DNA from: Candidatus Latescibacterota bacterium
Lineage (GTDB): Bacteria; Latescibacterota; UBA2968
Reading direction: 5' to 3'
DNA: 64,000 nt
Assembly: GCA_965208125.1 (NCBI GenBank)
Contig: OZ242320.1
Span: 896,001-960,000 of the forward strand
The position numbers and the translations under genes were made by a program. Of this stretch, positions 58,716 to 64,000 are shown piece by piece (positions within the stretch are counted from its first letter, which is position 1; each line of letters starts with the position of its first letter). The notes below the pieces were generated by a model, which worked only from the letters and a program-made list of their open reading frames with translations, was not told where the DNA came from and did not search any database.

Positions 58716-60308
58716 CTATTTGAGTAATTGTATTGCCATCTCTATAACCGGATCTCTCTCCATAACACTATCTGAAGGTGAGACCGCAACGTGAATATCT
58801 GGAGGAATACCAACGTCTTCATACAGAACATTGTCAGCCGAAGACCACTTTCCCGTGGAGACTCTATATTCCCAACCATTGGGCAATTTCTTACGGGTAG
58901 GACTCCCCTGGCCTCCAAATGTCGTGTCCCCTACTGTCCTGACATAAGGGAATCGCTTCATCGCCAATACGAAATATTCTCCAGAACTTATTACTTGTCT
59001 ATCTGTGAGTACAATAATGGATTTGGTAAATTGTTTGTCTCCAGCAGGCTTGACATATTTTTTTGTAATACGACCAAAATCTGAATGTCCAGACCCATCG
59101 CGCCTTTGTACAAGAGCGGACACTCTCTTCTGGTCTGCAAAGCGTCCCACTATTGCATCCACGTTGCGGCTACTTCCTCCGTTATTGCCTCTTACATCCA
59201 CAATTAAACCCTTATGATGAAAAAATTCGTTCACAATAGGGTCTATCGCCTCTACCCAGGCGCTGCCATTCCTGATGCTAAAAGACGCGATGTGTAAATA
59301 GCCTATCGCATCAGAAATTTGACCAGAAGTAAAAAAATTATCCCCTGTGGTTTGAAATCCAGCGTTCAAGTATTTACTCTTTACAAAATCCAAATTTAGA
59401 GTTCCTTCAGGTCGTCTATTTGCAGAATTGAAATTCTCGAACGGCATGGTTAGAGTAACATGAACATCATCTAAATGAGTTAGCATTGAAGATAAAATAG
59501 CAAAAAGCTCAGAATTATCTGTCTGGTCAGTAACCTGCGGCGCGTATATGTCATATAGAGCCTGCCAATTGACATTTTTGGACTCAAAAAAAACATAATA
59601 GTGGTCAAATTCGTTCCATAAAATTTGGAAATTTTTCTCAGGATCAGCGTCAACCTGGGTTTCGTTAAGCAACATAGGCAAGATGTGTTGGGCTTGATCA
59701 TAGTCTTGCTCGGCTGCCTTGCGAACCCACTTTACAGCCTCCTCTCGGTCCCGCTCTACACCCCAGCCTTTGTAATACATATGGCCAAGAAAGTACTGCG
59801 CTCTGTCTAATCCTTGCCCGGCTGCCTTGTGAACCCACTTCACAGCCTCCTCTTCATCTTGTCCCACGGTCTTAACTTTGTAATGCAGTTCACCGAGGTA
59901 AAACTGGGCTTTGGCATGACCTTGCTCGGCTGCCTTGAGAAGCCATTTTTCTGCCTCTTCTCCATCTTGATCTACACCCTGACCTTTGTAATACATATAG
60001 CCAAGAAGGTACTGGGCTTTGACATCTCCTTGTTCGGCAGCTTTGCGAAGCCACTTCACGGTCGCCGCTCCATCTTGACCTACGCCCCTGCCTTTATAAT
60101 ACATATAACCGAGAAGGTACTGGGCTTCAGCATGTCCTTGCTCAGCGAGCGGTCGCAATTCTTTGAGTGCCGTCGCGTAGTCACCCCGGTTATATGCCTT
60201 CCTACCATCCTGGTAATCCCCCCACGCCAACGATGGCGCAATGAACAGACATAGCGACAGAATGAAAAGCAAGCGTCGGAGTTCGGTTTTTCGTCCATTA
60301 TCAGTCAT
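58716..60308 (-). CDS. secreted Sel1-repeat protein fused to S41-family (tricorn-like) peptidase
   Basis: Signal peptide, four 36-aa Sel1 repeats (AQY.LG.MY.KG.GV.QD..A.KW..KAAEQG), then DVRGNNGG, SSGE, GDTTFG, GIPPD. Confidence 0.88.
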   Translation of the reverse strand: MTDNGRKTELRRLLFILSLCLFIAPSLAWGDYQDGRKAYNRGDYATALKELRPLAEQGHAEAQYLLGYMYYKGRGVGQDGAATVKWLRKAAEQGDVKAQYLLGYMYYKGQGVDQDGEEAEKWLLKAAEQGHAKAQFYLGELHYKVKTVGQDEEEAVKWVHKAAGQGLDRAQYFLGHMYYKGWGVERDREEAVKWVRKAAEQDYDQAQHILPMLLNETQVDADPEKNFQILWNEFDHYYVFFESKNVNWQALYDIYAPQVTDQTDNSELFAILSSMLTHLDDVHVTLTMPFENFNSANRRPEGTLNLDFVKSKYLNAGFQTTGDNFFTSGQISDAIGYLHIASFSIRNGSAWVEAIDPIVNEFFHHKGLIVDVRGNNGGSSRNVDAIVGRFADQKRVSALVQRRDGSGHSDFGRITKKYVKPAGDKQFTKSIIVLTDRQVISSGEYFVLAMKRFPYVRTVGDTTFGGQGSPTRKKLPNGWEYRVSTGKWSSADNVLYEDVGIPPDIHVAVSPSDSVMERDPVIEMAIQLLK

Positions 60309-60377
60309 CGCAGAACCCCTCTGTTTTGGGTCTGGGATTTTGCAAGATGTACGACGGGTTGTTGCATAATTCGGAAT

Positions 60378-61124
60378 TTATATTTCCGCGCGTCTTTCAT
60401 ACATCACAAGCCCAATGATCATAAAGATGATACCCGTAAGAATGGTATAGACAAACGGCGCCCACGCTATTTGTCCAGAAGGCGTAGGAAGGATTGAGAT
60501 TTGCCCTAAAAAATCTAACGCCATCTTCCCTTGCTGAAAAAATCGGATGTATAAAAACACGGCAAGTGCAAAAAAAGCGACCGCAGCCAATCCCCGATAC
60601 CGTTTAACCGAAAACTTTATCCCTTCCATCCCGGTCACAAGTCCGAGAATGAAAACCATATATGTCACAAGCCCTAAACCACACATAAAAACAAAATCCC
60701 AAAATAAGGTAACCTCCATCCCATCAAATGAAAGAATTTGACCTGGCAGGTTGGCCAAAATCAGTAAATACAGGCTCCCAATAACAATCCCACCACCTAC
60801 AAAGCCGATACTCGCGACCACAGCGACCTTTGCCAGAATCACCGTGTATTGTGATACCGGCAACGCAAACATCTGATAATGCGTTTCTGATTTCCACTCA
60901 GAATTGAAGGCGTGCGCCAACAAAAAGGGCAGACTGAGAAGAACGAGAAAAATTGCTATCGTCGTCCAAATAAATATCTGTTTGAATGCCTCTTCGAAAT
61001 CCAAACCATCTTCTATTCGGATAAGCCCATACGCATTCAACCCCGCGATCAAAAGCAACAAAAATAGAAAAAGGGTTTTATTTGCCTTAAGTTCTTTCAA
61101 ATACAGCGCAAAAAATGGTTTCAT
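60378..61124 (-). CDS. ABC-2-type permease-like membrane protein, paralog 3
   Basis: Same conserved blocks; AAGGAG RBS. Confidence 0.8.
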   Translation of the reverse strand: MKPFFALYLKELKANKTLFLFLLLLIAGLNAYGLIRIEDGLDFEEAFKQIFIWTTIAIFLVLLSLPFLLAHAFNSEWKSETHYQMFALPVSQYTVILAKVAVVASIGFVGGGIVIGSLYLLILANLPGQILSFDGMEVTLFWDFVFMCGLGLVTYMVFILGLVTGMEGIKFSVKRYRGLAAVAFFALAVFLYIRFFQQGKMALDFLGQISILPTPSGQIAWAPFVYTILTGIIFMIIGLVMYERRAEI

Positions 61125-61148
61125 GTCATACTCCTTGAAAGCAGGGGA

Positions 61149-61220
61149 CATGCCGCGAATGACGGGCGGCACGGGGGCACCGCCCCTACATTGATGTAGG
61201 GACGTAGAGACACCGCCCTC
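61149..61220. repeat. REP-like palindromic cluster
   Basis: TGCCGCGAATGAC plus GGGCGGCACGGGGGCACCGCCCCTACA, related to 22180-22205. Confidence 0.65.
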
Positions 61221-61913
61221 TTACATTGCCACCATCTCAAACATCTCTGAAAGCGATTCCCCGCGTTCCTCACGCAGCGCATCTGCATTGCCGGAAAGGG
61301 CGATCTCGCCCTCTTTCATAAACATCACATCTTCGATAAACTCGCCCACTTCGTGGACCAGATGCGTCGAAATCAAAATCGTCTGCTCGCCAAAGCGAAA
61401 CTCGCTAAACAACGCTTCCACAATGCGTTTGCGCGACGGGGGATCAATACCGGATAGTGGCTCATCCATCAAAACCAGATCACTCGGCCAAGAAAACGCA
61501 CACACCACCTTCAGCCGTCCCTGTTGCCCCCGCGAAAGCGCACCCACCTTCTTATCCTCATCCAGCCCCATAAAACTCAGCAACTCGCGCGACTTATCCA
61601 TATCCCACATCGGATAAAAACGCGCCAGAAACTCCACCTGCTCCATCACCTTCATCCAATCGTAAAACGGATTGATCTCAGCCAAATAAGCCACATGCTG
61701 TCGGGTCTTCACACTCACCTCTTGCCCCATCACCTCGGCGGAACCCCGCGACGGACGGGTCAAACCAGCCAGAATGCGAAACAGCGTACTCTTCCCGCTG
61801 CCATTTTCGCCCAACACACCTTGCACGCGCCCGCGCTCAACCTGAAAAGAAACACCGCGCAGCGCCCACGCGCCTGGATATCGTTTCCAAACATCTTGAA
61901 CATCGATCATCAT
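61221..61913 (-). CDS. ABC transporter ATP-binding protein (YtrB-like)
   Basis: GENGSGKST, LSRGQ, LMDEP, ISTH. Confidence 0.95.
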   Translation of the reverse strand: MMIDVQDVWKRYPGAWALRGVSFQVERGRVQGVLGENGSGKSTLFRILAGLTRPSRGSAEVMGQEVSVKTRQHVAYLAEINPFYDWMKVMEQVEFLARFYPMWDMDKSRELLSFMGLDEDKKVGALSRGQQGRLKVVCAFSWPSDLVLMDEPLSGIDPPSRKRIVEALFSEFRFGEQTILISTHLVHEVGEFIEDVMFMKEGEIALSGNADALREERGESLSEMFEMVAM

Positions 61914-62281
61914 GTCAAATCCTCCTCTATAGCGCGCAACAAATCGGCAATTTGCTCGCTGGAAAGATCCAATTCTCCAACCTCTGCAACAAACCGCGCA
62001 ACAGCACTCTGTGCCAACGCCCGTTTCTCAGCCTCAATCTTCTTACCATCCTCCGTAACGAACGAACCCTGCCCGCGCCGCGTAAAAACAAACCCCTCTC
62101 GCTCAAGCTCTGCATAAGCCCGCGCCATCGTATTGGGATTCACGCCCATTTCTTTCGCCATATCCCGCACCGAAGGCAACTTTGACCCCGGCGAATAAAC
62201 CCCGCGCACCGAACGCTTTTTGATCTCGCCGATAATTTGCAGATAAATAGGTGCATTCGGATCAAACTCATGAGGTGGCAT
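61910..62281 (-). CDS. GntR family regulator, YtrA subfamily
   Basis: PIYLQI, LPSVRDMA..GVNPNT.ARAY..LE, short C-domain; overlaps the ATPase. Confidence 0.93.
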   Translation of the reverse strand: MPPHEFDPNAPIYLQIIGEIKKRSVRGVYSPGSKLPSVRDMAKEMGVNPNTMARAYAELEREGFVFTRRGQGSFVTEDGKKIEAEKRALAQSAVARFVAEVGELDLSSEQIADLLRAIEEDLT

Positions 62282-62322
62282 ACAAATGCCTCCTGACTCT
62301 TTGTACGATCATAAACCGGATA

Positions 62323-63093
62323 TCATATTTCCGCGCGTTTTTCATATACCACAAGCCCAATAATCATAAAGATGACACCCATCAGAATGGTATAGACGAA
62401 AGGTGCCAAATCAATTGGAGGAAGATGATCGAACACTGAAATTTCTCCTAAAAAGTCCAATGCCTGCTCGCCCTGTCGGAAAAGACGACCATATACAAAT
62501 ACGGCAAAAATAAAAAAAACAACCGCTGTCAATCCCCGATATCGCTTAACCGCGAACTTCACCCCCTCCATACCAGTCACAAGACCGAGAATGAAAACCA
62601 TATACGTCACGAGCACCAAAGCAGCCAGAAAAAACAAGCTAAGAGCATAGGTCCTTATCGCGACCTCTGGTTCTCCAATGGACATCATTGCTGCGTCCGA
62701 GGACGTAGCCTCACGTACTATCCATAAAAACAGACCGATAGTCACAATTATGCCGCCTACAATGCCCTTACTCGCAATCGCGGCAACTTTTGCCATAATC
62801 ACCGTGTATTGTGATACCGGTAGCGCGAACATTTGATAATGCGTTTCTGATCGCCACTCGGCATTAAAGGCGTGCGCCAGCAAAAAGGGCAGACTGAGAA
62901 CGAGAGTAAAAGCAGCTATAATTGGCCAAGGAAGATCAATATTAACGAAGCGTTTGCCGATCTCAAAATCCAAGTTATCTCCTGCTCTAATCAGCCCATA
63001 AGCACTCATCCCTACAATCAAAAGAAGCAAAAACAGAAAAAGTGCTCTATTCGCTTTGAGTTCCTTTACATACAGGGCAAAAAATGGTTTCAT
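62323..63093 (-). CDS. ABC-2-type permease-like membrane protein, paralog 4
   Basis: Same conserved blocks; AAGGAG RBS. Confidence 0.8.
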   Translation of the reverse strand: MKPFFALYVKELKANRALFLFLLLLIVGMSAYGLIRAGDNLDFEIGKRFVNIDLPWPIIAAFTLVLSLPFLLAHAFNAEWRSETHYQMFALPVSQYTVIMAKVAAIASKGIVGGIIVTIGLFLWIVREATSSDAAMMSIGEPEVAIRTYALSLFFLAALVLVTYMVFILGLVTGMEGVKFAVKRYRGLTAVVFFIFAVFVYGRLFRQGEQALDFLGEISVFDHLPPIDLAPFVYTILMGVIFMIIGLVVYEKRAEI

Positions 63094-63281
63094 GTCGTAC
63101 TCCTTTGGAACTGGTGAGGCGTTAAAGCCACCCACGACGGAAGAAACACGGTTACCCCATTCGCCAGCCGCACGGGCTTCGGATTACCCGAACTACCGTA
63201 GGACTTCTCGCCCATCAGCGTGCATTGCAGCGCTTGCTTCATCATCAACAAAAACGCCTCGCAACTGCTCATATTCACCGT

Positions 63282-63635
63282 TGAGGTAAGGTGTTATCTC
63301 TCGTAAGTGCTGTAAATACTGGTCAATACGGTTTTCGTCACCATCACCATCATCATCACCTTATTGGCTGTTTTCAGTCTTCCGGATGGGTGCGGTTTGT
63401 CGAACCGAAAGCGGATAGGCTGTGTTTTCTTCCACATCAACCAGTGCCACCCCACAGATTTCTAAGCCCTTTTCTGTTTTGCTATGGCAGCCATTGAAAA
63501 AGTAGTCTAAGCCATAAGTCTTGTTCCCGGATTTGGGGATAAAAGAGGCATCTAAGGCCAGGATACGTGCAGATGCTTGATCTTGGTCTTGATCTTGGTC
63601 TTGATCTATACAGTCATTGATGATGGCGCGATTTT
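63282..63635 (-). pseudogene. DDE transposase internal fragment (IS701/IS4-like)
   Basis: Hand translation: NRAIINDCIDQDQDQDQASARILALDASFIPKSGNKTYGLDYFFNGCHSKTEKGLEICGVALVDVEENTAYPLSVRQT..Q*GDDDGDGDENRIDQYLQHL; no start codon, internal TAA at 63361-63363. Confidence 0.7.
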
Positions 63636-63737
63636 TAAAAAAATGTCCGAAGTATTGCCTGAAAAGAGGCTGATTTGCGCGATTTTTGTCACGATATGTC
63701 TCATTTTGATTTCTCCTTTCGTCCAGGGGCCTCTACA

Positions 63738-64000
63738 TCAATCACTGGCATCATTCACAACCAAAAACTCTATCTCTCGCTGTTCTTTCCGAATTTGTAG
63801 CCCGAGTTGTTCTTTCAGAGCCGCGAGCACGGAATTGGGATCGTCTTTGTCATAGGTGATTTCCCAGTCGTATTTTCCCTCTATTCCAGTGCCATCCTCT
63901 ACGACACGTTCTAAAGCATGTTCCAATGACTGCGCCAGCCTGCTGATTTCACCGTTCATTGTCTTTATCTTGCCACGTCCACTTCTTGTCATAGATCCCC
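63738..64000 (-). CDS. C-terminus of a TIGR03435-like protein (partial, runs off the right edge)
   Basis: VVEDGTGIEGKYD....SVLAALKEQLGL....E.LVV. Confidence 0.65.
   Translation of the reverse strand, partial: GSMTRSGRGKIKTMNGEISRLAQSLEHALERVVEDGTGIEGKYDWEITYDKDDPNSVLAALKEQLGLQIRKEQREIEFLVVNDASD

Noticed and set aside
63291-63497. Plus-strand ORF with a poly-His run
   Set aside because: It is the antisense reading of the GAT/GGT tract in the transposase relic; no RBS or family motif.

Overview
Bacterial chromosomal window using the standard genetic code. It starts inside a minus-strand 16S rRNA gene with its promoter, followed by hemL, tRNA-Arg(UCG), uvrA and rfbB. A ~14 kb minus-strand defence island (~7.2-21.1 kb) holds a type III restriction-modification pair split by a small hypothetical gene, a single-chain SIR2-short Argonaute fusion, a pentapeptide-repeat membrane protein, an ABC/AAA ATPase plus TOPRIM-like partner, an XRE-ImmA/IrrE regulator and several antitoxin-like genes lacking intact toxins. 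The middle is housekeeping and metabolic: an Lnt-TatC fusion, bioF, trmJ-like, pdxA-like, and a xanthine-dehydrogenase-family molybdoprotein 17 bp upstream of an 11-subunit complex I operon (nuoABCDHIJKLMN, no nuoEFG). Then come a secreted COG4337/iota-type carbonic anhydrase candidate, ftsY-iscS-mrp and a rhodanese-MoeB gene with an in-frame TGA at the conserved cysteine plus a SECIS-like hairpin (probable selenoprotein). The right end has a GntR/ABC locus with four paralogous permeases, a Sel1-S41 peptidase and a transposase relic. All family assignments come from motif recognition by eye, not database searches. Gene content loosely suggests an uncultured, possibly host-associated marine lineage (inference only).
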